DNA of 64,000 nucleotides from the human T2T-CHM13v2.0 reference genome, Homo sapiens: the NCBI RefSeq assembly GCF_009914755.1, contig NC_060927.1, one strand, 5' to 3'. The notes under the pieces were generated by a model. It ran no database searches. It saw only the letters and a list, made by a program, of their open reading frames with translations, and was not told the DNA's origin. The position numbers and the translations under genes were made by a program. Below are positions 41,656 to 54,770 of this stretch, in pieces. How positions within the stretch are numbered: position 1 is the stretch's first letter; every line of letters begins with the position of its first letter.

Positions 41656-43310
41656 TCATTAAAGGGGTTCTGGGTCTATAAACTGGCTCAAGTCTTGACA
41701 TTGATTGAGGGGCCATCATTCTTTTTTTATAATTCAAATTGGACTTTTGTCCATTTGACATAGAAGTTTGCTCTTCTTTATATAAATTAAATAGGAATAC
41801 AGTAGGCTTCCTATCAATTTCATGTCTAGGAACACTGTGATTAATTAGCCAGTGCCAGAGCTCTACATGAGTCAGACTATTCTGATTGCCACTTTGCCTC
41901 TGCTGTCCCTTATGTAGCTATGCTCACCTTGTCTTTAATGGTTGAGTGCTGCCACTTGGCCCCTGCCACCTTGGGATCCAATTATTCCCATTATATTTGA
42001 ATTTTGTAGTTGAGTGACTGCGGTTCCCACCATTAGATATGGCATACAGAGAAAAGCCATTACAGGGCTCTTCAAAGATGCAAGTTCTGTCCTCACAAAT
42101 CTGTTTCACAAAGCATTGGTCAAGAGTGTATCTTCGGGACACTTCCAGCTGTGATGAGTAGGTCCAACGTGACTAATCCACTCCACCATCCCAATCTCCC
42201 TAAGCCTTTGGATCCCTTGCTCTACATTAAACCAAGAGAGATCAGGCATTTCCAGCTGGCTCACAGTGGGCCATCTTTTAATCCATATTTCAGCTAACCA
42301 AGAAATAAACTATTAGAGCCTTTTTAATTCCCAGATCTGCAACATGAAATGCAGAGACCCTATTTAGTGTGCCCAAATCAATAAATTCAGCCTGATCCAA
42401 CTCTATGTTCCTTCCACCATTATCCCACACCCTTAATATCCATTCCCATGCCTGTTCTCCAGATTTCTGTTTATATAAATTAGAAAATTCAAGCAGTTCT
42501 TTTCGAGTGTAGTGAACCTCCTCATGGGTCACGCTCTGAACCTCCCCTCTAGGGGCCTGCAGGGACTTTAGTCTAGTTATAGGTCTACAAGCAAACAGAG
42601 GTGTTGGGGGTGGCTCCTGAGGAAAGTCAACATTTTCTTGCCTGGCAGCTGCTTCAGGGGAGGCCATCACTGTTGCCTCAGGCAGTTCAGGGTTTATCTC
42701 CTCAGATGAAAGCGGAAAGGCTGATGGCAGCATAGGTAGTGGAGGGGATGTTGCCACTACTGGGGTTGGGGAAGCTGTTTCTTCTGACAAAAAAGGTTCA
42801 TCAGAGTTTACAAACTCAGTGTCCCCAGCTTCATCAGGGTCCTCCCCCTTGTCCCCATCCCATGTTGCAGGGTCCCATTCTTTTCCAGTCAATGCTCTCA
42901 CTTTAACAGTAGACACCTGGCGAGGCTGTGCATGCATCTTTTGTTGCAGGTCATCCACTTGCATGATAAGAACTTGTGTCTGTTTCTCCACAATTTCAGC
43001 TCTTTCTCTACAGGAGATAAATCTCTTACTCAGAACAATCTTAGCAGATTTGAGGCTCAGTATCTGCTTCTGAAGCCTGGAGACAGAATCCCTGAGTTCA
43101 TCATTTTCTTTTATCACCTTGTCCACTGAACTTAGCAGCAACCAACCAGCTTCATTATGTTCCTTGGTTCTCCACATATGGTCAAAGGTATTATGTATAG
43201 AGTCACTAAACCCCTTGCCTCTTATGACTGATGAATCAGGAGTGTTCAAATGCATTTACTTTGCACAACTCTCTAAACAGTTTATGCCAAGGACTACCAG
43301 TGTTCTCCAT
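41656..43310 (-). pseudogene. HERV-L gag, frameshifted, with a 321-aa open segment at 42290-43255
   Basis: MENTGSPWHKLFRELCK start at 43310; ORF with KEWDPATWDGD, Pro-rich linker and MHR-like YKQKSGEQAWEWILRVWD; ends ...DPEPL*. Confidence 0.93.
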
Positions 43311-43421
43311 ACTAGTAGAAGAAGAGTCCTTAGAATTTTGGGGTTTAATCATATCAAGCAGCCAACTCCAGGAACACCAAAACCAATGAAAAAACTCCAT
43401 TCTTAATATTCTGTTCCTCTA

Positions 43422-43439
43422 AAACCACTCCTGTTAGCA
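43422..43439 (-). other. Primer binding site (tRNA-Leu type, degenerate)
   Basis: Minus strand gattt-tgctaacaggagtggttt just after the 5' LTR, versus ERVL TGGTACCAGGAGTGG. Confidence 0.8.
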
Positions 43440-43444
43440 AAATC

Positions 43445-43885
43445 TGTATTAGTCAGGGTTCTCTAGAGGGACAGAACTAATGGACTATGTGTATATGTAA
43501 AGGGGATTGTATTAACTCGCATGATCACAAGGTCTCTCCATAGGCCATCTGCAGGCAAGGAGAGCAAGGAGAGCCAGTCCGAGTCCCAAAACTGAAGAAC
43601 CTGGAGTCTGGTGTTCGAGGGCAGGAAGCATCCAGCATGCGAGAAAGATGTAGACTGGGAGACTAGGCCAGTCTCTCACTTTTCATATTTTTCTGCCTGC
43701 TTTTTATTCTAGCCATTCTGGCAGCTGATTAGATTGTGCTAACCCAGATTAAGGGAGGGTCTGCTTTTCCCAGCCCACTGACTCAAATGTTATTCTCCTT
43801 TGGTAACACCCTCACAGACACACCCAGGATCAATACTTTGTATCCTTCAATCCAATCAAGTTGACAATCAGTATTAACCATCACA
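43445..43885 (-). promoter_or_regulatory. 5' LTR (MLT2A1)
   Basis: tgtattagtcagggttctctagagggacagaac...aaccatcaca; DUX4-type caatccaatca at 43848-43858. Confidence 0.95.
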
Positions 43886-44127
43886 TCAATCGTAATCACT
43901 AGGTAATGTTGTTAAGTTGAAATTGAGAATAGAAAGATGTCAAACTGGGTAAGAACATATTGTATCTCCTAGTGCTCTGTCTCTGGCCACTTAGGGGTGT
44001 TTTATACAAGGTATTCCACCATATTAATCAGGAGTATTTAAGTCTTCTTTCTTTTATATATTCCCAGGGATTTTAATGTATAAGAGACATAAAACCTTCT
44101 TGAACCTATTCAAGTTCTATAGTCTAC

Positions 44128-44456
44128 TGATATGGTTTGGCTCTGTATCTCCACCCAAATCTCACCTTAAATTGTAATAATCCCCATGTGTCAAGGGTGG
44201 GACCAGGTGGAGGTAATTGAATCATGGGGGTGGGTTCCACTATGCTGTTCTCATGATAGTGAGTGAGTTTTCAGTGGATCTGATGGTGTCATAAGGGGCT
44301 TCCCACATCGCTCCGCACTTCTCTCTCCTGCAACCACTTTCCATCATGATGTAAGTTTCCTGAGGCCTCCCCAGAAATGCAGAACTGTGAGTCAATTAAA
44401 CCTCTTTCCTTTATAAATTACTCAGTCTCGGGCAGTTCTTTATAGTAGTGTGAGAA
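44128..44456 (+). mobile_element. MaLR LTR, THE1D-like, last ~12 bp missing
   Basis: tgatatggtttggctctg...ttgtaataatccccatgtgtcaagggtgggaccaggtgg...tgagtcaattaaacctc...gtgtgagaa. Confidence 0.9.
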
Positions 44457-44989
44457 GCACTTTTAGGATACCTTTACTATTATATAGAGAAATACCTTCT
44501 GTTTTTTGAATGAAGTCACTGCCTTTAAGCACAAGGAGTACCCTCCCACCAGTCACCCTGAATCACTGACAGCAAGAGCTGAGGTGACCTGTAGGATTGT
44601 CAGAAGCTGACAAGCTGGAGATTCTTGGCAGTAAATAACCATTCAGATGAATCAAGCAAGAGACATCAAGAAAACATCCATATCAGTAAGCAGAGGAACG
44701 AAGAGTGTCTAAAATTCATCTAAATCATCCAAAACTACCGGCAGGCAGCAAAAGTAACTGATGAGAGCCCTATTGGAAAGAGGAGAAGGAAAGATTGGGA
44801 ATGGGGATTGAAGCAAAGGAAGTTTTGAAACGGAGCCAGCTCACTCTCTTGGCCTCCACTACCTTTATATTCCTCTCACTTGGTTGAGATTCAGTCCAGA
44901 CAGAAGTAAGAGGTAAGCCCTTGATAACTACAAACAGGTGGCTGGATGTCTGAGTAGCAGACACTTAATCTACACTTGCTATGGTAAAA

Positions 44990-45180
44990 GACAGATGTAG
45001 TTTTCCAGCATTGGCATTTCTCTGATACTAATATCGGTGAACATGTTCTGTACACCTTTCATGATTTTATAAACTTTGATCACCATTGCTTCATCTTTCA
45101 TGCTTACAGACTGAATGATCCTTTTGCCCTCCCGCATGTGACCATCCCTCTCTCTCCTCAATAATTCAAGTTTATTAGTC
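44990..45180 (-). mobile_element. CR1/L3-type LINE fragment (ORF2 C-terminus)
   Basis: Minus frame reads MVIKVYKIMKGVQNM, resembling CR1 GDMIEVYKIMKG; may continue beyond the Alu to about 45700. Confidence 0.5.
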
Positions 45181-45194
45181 TCCAGACTTTCTTC

Positions 45195-45527
45195 TTCATA
45201 TATATATGATATTATTTATTTATTTATTTATTTATTTATTGTTTAGAGATGGTCTCATTTTGTCTCCCTGGCTGGAGTGCAGTGGCTTGATCATAGTTCA
45301 CTGCAGCCTGGACTCCTGGGCTCAAGTAATCCTCCTGCCTCAGCCTCCAGAACAATATCTGGGACTACAGACATGTGCCACCATGCATGGCTAAGTTTTA
45401 GATTTTTTGTAGAGATGGGGTCTCCCTATGTTTCCATAAGCTTGTCTGAAACTTCTGGCCTTAAGTGATCCTCCCACCTTGTCCTCCCAATGTGCTGGGA
45501 TTACAGGCTTAAGCCACCATGACTACC
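45195..45527 (-). mobile_element. AluJo-like
   Basis: gatcatagttcactgcagcct, ctcctgggctcaag; (TTTA)n tail; TSD agactttcttc at 45184-45194 and 45528-45538. Confidence 0.92.
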
Positions 45528-45717
45528 AGACTTTCTTCAACTTCATTCTTTTCTGAGGAGATAAAAAAGATCTGCATCTCATTTTCCAAATGTGGAGTCT
45601 CCATATTTTAGAACAAAGGCAAAATAATGATTTCTATATTTCCGAAACCTTTCTTTCTGATCCCAGCATTCTCCAGTCTCCAAATGCTCATTGAACAATT
45701 GTATTCATGGATTAATA

Positions 45718-45872
45718 CAGCGTGTCTTCAATTTTAATGTGCATATGAGCTGCCTATGGATTTTGTTAAAATATAGGTGCTAATTCAGTAGGTCCAGTGG
45801 GGCCCAAAATCCTGCATTTTTAGGATGTTCCTGGATGCTGCTGCTGGAATATACACCACACCCTTAGTAGTG
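45718..45872. mobile_element. MER5A1-like hAT MITE
   Basis: tgtgcata...ttgttaaaat...attcagtaggtc...ggggccc...ctgcattt...gatgctgctgctgg...accaca. Confidence 0.65.
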
Positions 45873-46009
45873 ATACATTAGTACAATAATTGTTAGAGCC
45901 TTTCTCTGTGTCAGAAGAAAACATTCTGAGAAGACTGTATTCTTCCCATTCTATCCCCATCTCCAAAAACATGAATTCTTATTTTTTCACATTGGCATAC
46001 ATTTATTGA

Positions 46010-46312
<303 letters not shown>

Positions 46313-46483
46313 AATTTCTTGTTTTTTCTAAGGAAATAAACACACAAGATTTCACTGCAATTTATTTATGTAAATTTAACATTAATAAAATTTGGATGAG
46401 TTTAATGTTTGCTGAATATTTTTAAATATACTTATTATATGTTTCTTGTGATAACCTGAAACTTGTCATCAAGGCATGTACAT

Positions 46484-46887
46484 TATATTAGGCTGTTCTT
46501 GTACTGCTATAAAGGAATACCTGAGACTGCATAATTTATAAGAAAAAGAGGTTTAATTGGCTCATCTCTCTGCAGGCTATACAGGAAGCATGGCCTAGGC
46601 AGCTGGTCAGCTTCTGGGGCAGCCTTAAGGAGCCTTTAGTCATGTTGGACGGCAAAGCTGGAGCAGGCATGTCACATGATAAAAGCAGGAGCAAGAGAGA
46701 AGAGAAGGTGTCACACTTTACAACAACCAGGTAAGTCAAGAACTCACTCATTCTTGTGAAGACAGCAACAAGCTGTAAGAGATCCACCCCCATGGCCCAA
46801 ACACCTCCCACCAAGCTCCACCTCCAACATTGGAGGTTACAGTCCAACATGAGATTTGTGGTGAGGTCATCTATTCAAACCATATCA
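46484..46887 (-). mobile_element. MaLR solo LTR, MSTA/MSTB
   Basis: tatattaggctgttcttg...caaaccatatca; TSD tacat at 46479-46483 and 46888-46892. Confidence 0.92.
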
Positions 46888-48189
46888 TACATCCATAAAA
46901 TGAAATTGGCAAATAACTGAGATGATACCTAATAGGGGGTGACCCAAGCTAAAGACAAAGCTATCTGATACTATAAGTTTATTCAAAATGATACAAGTGG
47001 GGACCAATTAATTTAACTATCTCTAGTCACAGCTCTAGAAAAAGTTTGTACCAAGGGCTAAAAATCTGTGCTATCCCAATCTGTGATTGAAGAGATGGGA
47101 AATTTGATTTATCGTTAAAAATCTAGTCCTGGGGGTTAATGGGATATAAGACTTATTCTTATATTAAAGAGTTAGAACTAGAGACCAAGGTAAATAAATT
47201 CAATAGGCAGGGGAGAAAGGAGGACCACAATCCATTTAAAGCTAGACCTAGTTGGGAGATGATATTAAGTCTCATCTAAGTTGTTTTAGTAAGCTGCACA
47301 CACCCTTCCTTAGATCAGTTTAAGAGATTTCAGGAAAAATCAGGTATGTTTCCCCTTACAGATTATTTTACTATACATCAATGGTGATTGCAGCTCCAGT
47401 ATAAATAGGAGATTCCATCGAATCTCACTTGAATAAAATAACTATCTGTATCTTAGGGCTTCTATATTTCTTCATCAATTTTTATATCCTTTTGTGGCAA
47501 ATGTGGAGATTTTATGACTTTTGGCAAGACATTTTGAAAGTTTAAACTGTATTTACATATATTTCTTGTCCCCATGATTATTTAACGTTTTTAGGGAGAA
47601 GAAACATTTCTTTCCCACTCCTGATGGTTTCTTCCACATAGCAGGGCAGCTCCACTAGTTGGTTACGCTGCCTCTCTCCACTTCCTCACACACCTGTTGG
47701 TGAGGACTGGAAAAAACCGGGCATGGAAACCCGGCTCCTTTTCTTCTTCTGTGTGAGGTCTGCTTGCCTACAGAAGTCATATGCTCTTAGGCATGTGACC
47801 AATTTAAATGCAAAGGCCCTGTCCCCTGGAGAGGCTTATGGTGGTCCAAGGCTGTAGGTGACCAGAGGGTTATGTCGTTCTGATTCTGGCATCAATCGTA
47901 GGAAATCCATTGTTGGCACATGCTCAAGCCGCATTCTCCAAATTTATTAGTGACAAAAGTGATATTTTGGTTCCTAACTATAGAATCTTTTGTCGTACTT
48001 CTCTGTTGTTTCACACTTCATCAGAGAAGAGTGGTAATATTTACTTGGCATTCCTTTGAACCTCAGCATTATTCATCTTCATTAACATTCAGAGAACTCC
48101 AGAAGGCTGGTTCTAACAGGAAATATGTGGTTTCTTCCTTATGATTATGTGTACATGGATTATAATATTTATTAATAATTGCCTCAAAA

Positions 48190-48420
48190 TCAAGACTTGG
48201 GGAACTTGGCTTGAGAAAATTGAAATGCAACTTCCAACTTCAACTTTATCATTGAATAGACTTTAGAACTCAATCTCTTTGGATTTCAGTTACTTAACAT
48301 ATAAAATGGGATTCAAATGTGTACTGCCTATACTGAAGCATGGCTGAGGGGTTAGAATTGAATGTGAAAATATATTGACAATTATAAAACAACACAACAA
48401 ATGTGTGTCATTATTCTAAT
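48190..48420 (+). mobile_element. MIR
   Basis: caatctctttggatttcagttacttaacatataaaatgggatt...gctgagggg...aatgtgaaaat. Confidence 0.5.
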
Positions 48421-49984
48421 AATTCATAATGTGTATGTAGCAAACACATATTAGAAAAGTAAGTGGCATTACTTTTGATTTTATTCAATTTGTTTCCCTT
48501 TATAGAAAGCTGGAATAAACCATTTTTTCCTTCTAGAAGCACTACTACTCTTTATTTATTGGGTCAGATTCTTATTATACACTATAATGTGCACTTTCTT
48601 CTAGGGTGACTTTTTATGTACGCTAAGAATGGATCATTTTTATATGTAAGTTCTAAGGTAGGCTGAAAATATTTCCTTGTCACATAAAGATCTTTAAAAG
48701 TGAATTATGTTTATACCACTTATGTAGTGTTTTTTAAATGATGTAAATATAACCTTGTTTTATTGTCAAACATTTTTAGACTTAGTACTTTTAGTTATAT
48801 GAAGTGCTAAATGACATTTGTTAGCCTATTTTAGCATAGGCACTTTAAAATGTCAACCAAGCAGATGTTCCACTATAAACCTGAATAAAAATGAGGGCAT
48901 AGTAAGACTAAATATAGGCTATTTTATTAAGTTAATATTAATATTACTTAAATTTCAGTAGTGATGAAATTGTATATAATTAATGAAGATGACAAGAAAG
49001 ACTTCCAAGTTTATAATTTACAAAAATGTTGTAGTTGGTTTAGTTATTTTTTAAAGTTAAAAAATAATTTGTTAATTTTTAATGGCAAGATTATAGGAAT
49101 AAAGTTAAGCAGATATGGCTTACAGTGTTATCCTGATCATCTGATTTTGCTTCTAGTGTTATTCTGACACTCCTAAATCTCAGTACCATCTCATGTTCAA
49201 TACTCAAATGGATGCTGTAAATTGATTATATATATATGTATTTATGTATATGTGTATATGTAATGTATAATAAAAAGTGGGAGGAAGACCTATGCTCTCC
49301 ATATATATGTCATTTTCCCACAGTTTTGTATATATCATAGCCCCTACATACTTTGAGTTTTTAAAATGTGTAATTAATTAAAAAAAAAAAAAACTATGTT
49401 AAGCTAAATTAAAGTACCACATAAAACAAGTGTCCTTTAAAATTTTGACTCTTTGTGGCTGGATTAAAAAACTCTTGTGAATCTCTGTGAAAATGTTCAT
49501 ATAACATTTTGGCCCTTCCTGAACTGAAAACATTAATAATAGTGATATAATAATGTAACATCCGTGGACATTTTTATTTTACTACAACTTTTTTTTCTAC
49601 TTTTTAAATGCCTGCTGTGTATCACGGGCTTGGGAAGGTGATGTATATGTATCTTATTTGACATATTTGCTTTTAACTTAAACTAAATTGATAAAAAAAT
49701 TTTATCTTAAAACACATTTTTCCTAATTCAAAGTAGAAAATACATTTAAAGAGTGCTTAAATTTCAAAAGGTGTATGTAAAAATAATTCAGAAGTATAAA
49801 GCAAACAACTCTAAGATTATTAATAATGTGAATTATCATGAATATTCATTATGGGCTAAATAAAGCCCTTGTGTACATTATGGGACTTTCTTCAAAGTTA
49901 AAGAAAATGTATATACATGGAAATAAAATCAATTTTGTTCCAGAGAATTGTTCATAGTCTCAGCATAGCTATATAAAAATATCA

Positions 49985-50292
<308 letters not shown>

Positions 50293-50901
50293 CATATTAT
50301 AGATACTTTCTATTTACATGAGTAATGCTTTCCTGCTGGTGGTTATTCAAAGAAGCCCTTGGATGATTCCTTTTTCAAATAAATGTTAATTCTCTAATTT
50401 GTCCAGTAGGTCTAAGATGTCATAAACTAAATTTCCTTAAAATAAGAAATGCCACAAAGTCTATCTTTAATTATCAATTCACATACAAAATTAGAAAAAC
50501 ACAAGCTTTTAAATTAGTTGACTTACTATATTTTGAAGCATTTTTGTATGATGGAAAAATATTTCAACTTTTTACTTCATACTTAAGAAGTAAATTCCAA
50601 AATAAAATAAAACCTCTTTCCTGTTTTTCTTTTCTTGTCAACAGGGGTTTAAACAATAATAAAATAATATAATAATAAAGGAATAGTAAAATAAGTTGAA
50701 AATAATAAGTGATTCACATTGTTACTATTTTAGATATTGCAAATGATGTTATTTGACTCCATAGTTATGTGATAAATTAGATATTATTACTATCTTTTTT
50801 TTACAAATTAACAATCTAAGCACCAGAGAATGTAAGTAACTTCCAAAAGTTTCTGACCTAAAGGAATATAGTGAAATTAAAAGCTATCTCAATTCCTATT
50901 C

Positions 50902-51003
50902 AGGTGAAAATATCTCATGTAAGACAGAGGTGTCTTACATGACACCTCTGTCATGTGAAAATATCTCATGTAAGCAAAGGTGAAAATATCTCATGTAAGA
51001 CAG
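50902..51003. repeat. Complex direct plus inverted micro-repeat
   Basis: Three copies of gtgaaaatatctcatgtaag with nested 12-bp inverted copies between them. Confidence 0.93.
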
Positions 51004-51184
51004 GATGTCGTCGCTGACTCCCTACTAATCCAGAATTTTTTTCTCTTTGTTGTCAGAAAAAAAATCTGTTAGAAAATGTTGATAATGGTTTTTGACAAAT
51101 TTTCCTTATATCCAAGTTCTTTTATTTATTGTTTACAGAGGTCACCAAATATAAGTGCTAAAATTTTGAAAGTTTTAAAGCTGG

Positions 51185-52920
<1,736 letters not shown>

Positions 52921-53406
52921 GTTTAATATCATCCAGTGTCCATTTTGATATTCTGGTTTTAGTCAGCTCTGAAATTCAATTATATTTTAGTTGCGCACAA
53001 ACTTAAAACTATAATTTTGTTACTGACAATTTGGCCAAATGCTGTGTTATTTTTTAGTAATGTAATCTGATTATGTATAATACAGATAATTTGGGGTTTG
53101 AAATAAGTTATTATGTTAAGATTATGCAGAGATCATTCCTATTATAGCCAAGATGTGAAATCATCATTTTGAAAATGATTCATTATGTTGTTTTTGCAAG
53201 TACAACCTATCAGAATACACCATATTTTGTTAGATAAGGGAGAAGAAAGAAGATGAGGCCAAAAAGTGTGTGTTAAAAAAGAATTTCTTGCTCAATTATT
53301 TATCATTGAAATTAGCTATGAAAGATGATTGTGTAATCAAGTTTGATTTTTCATAAATTTGGGACTCACGCTTTGTATGTATGCACGTATTAAGAAAAGG
53401 ACGTAT

Positions 53407-53663
53407 CACTTTGGGAGACCAAGGCGGGTGGATCATGAGGTCAGGAGTTCAAGACCAGCCTGGCCAAGATGGTGAAACCCCATTTCTACTAAAAATAAAA
53501 TACAAAAATTAGCCAGGCGTGGTGGCAGTCTCCTGTAATCCCAGCTACTTGGAAGGCTGAGGCAGAGAATTGCTCGAAGCCAGGAGGTGGAGGTTGCAGC
53601 AGTGAGCAAAGATTGTGCCACTGCACTCCAGCCTGGGCAACAAAGCGAGACTCTGTCTCAAAA

Positions 53664-53696
<33 letters not shown>

Positions 53697-53697
53697 A
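53407..53697 (+). mobile_element. 5'-truncated AluSg4-like
   Basis: Starts cactttggg; gccaagatggtg and gaggcagagaattgc diagnostics; TSD aagaaaaggac(g/a)ta at 53392-53405 and 53698-53711. Confidence 0.93.
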
Positions 53698-54588
53698 AAG
53701 AAAAGGACATACTACACATTTACAAAGGAGTAGTTTGAGGACTTCCCCCCACCAGATTATAGGAAACCTAAAGCAAGTTTCAACAAATAGATAAAATGTA
53801 AAGTTGGCACTACCCTTAAAGGAAACTAGTTTTCTCTTATATACAGTACAACCACAAAGTTATGAGTCTTGTTCCACAAACTACAAAGGAATATCAGTTT
53901 CATTTCTTCATGGGCACTTGGTATTCAAGCTAGTTTCACTTCTCTTGCAATGGAAGCATCACTACCTCCTAAAACCTGCTCACCCTGTGCTTTAATTATG
54001 TTGGTGACACAGACAACTTTTAATCCAGCATCCTTAGAGTCAAACTCTGATTCCCTCCATACCCAATTAACAACCAATTTTTTTTCCATTAATGTCCACA
54101 GCCACTAAACAAATTCACTTCCATGAAACTGCTCCTCTTGTCTATTCATAAGCATTCCAGTTAGCCTTCCTCTTCACAATCTTGCTCAGCTTCAATTCAT
54201 GTTGTATATAGTGGCTCAAATGTTTTTTCCTAAAATGCTAATTTAATCATGTCACTTATTTTTTAAAAGTCTTTCACAGTAACTTTGGGTTTAAGTCCAA
54301 AGTCTTTAATTTAATATACACAGATATCAGTATCTGGCTTGCCTGTATTTACCAGTTACCTCCTCTCAGATCCTTCTCTTTTGATCATCTTCAGGAAGAA
54401 TGAAGTACTCTTCCTCGGGTCCTCTTCTTGACACTCATCACAGCTGGTCTGTTTTATGGACCTACAATGCTGCATGTAATTTTCATAAACTATCATTACT
54501 CTTGATGATACTCTTACAAGGTATGGATTAGAAATGCCCCATTTTAGATAAGGAAATATATCTATAGATGTTATATAACATTTCCTTA

Positions 54589-54770
<182 letters not shown>

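Larger units (their letters stand above)
37910..43885 (-). mobile_element. HERV-L (ERVL) provirus with MLT2A1 LTRs, internally deleted in RT
   Basis: Two homologous LTRs, PBS, gag, protease, RNase H, integrase, dUTPase, PPT in ERVL order and no env; 5-bp TSD tcaac (37905-37909) / tcaat (43886-43890). Confidence 0.97.

Noticed and set aside
50902-51003. CRISPR-like array
   Set aside because: Only three short copies, the spacers are self-derived or 3 bp, the context is eukaryotic and there are no cas genes.
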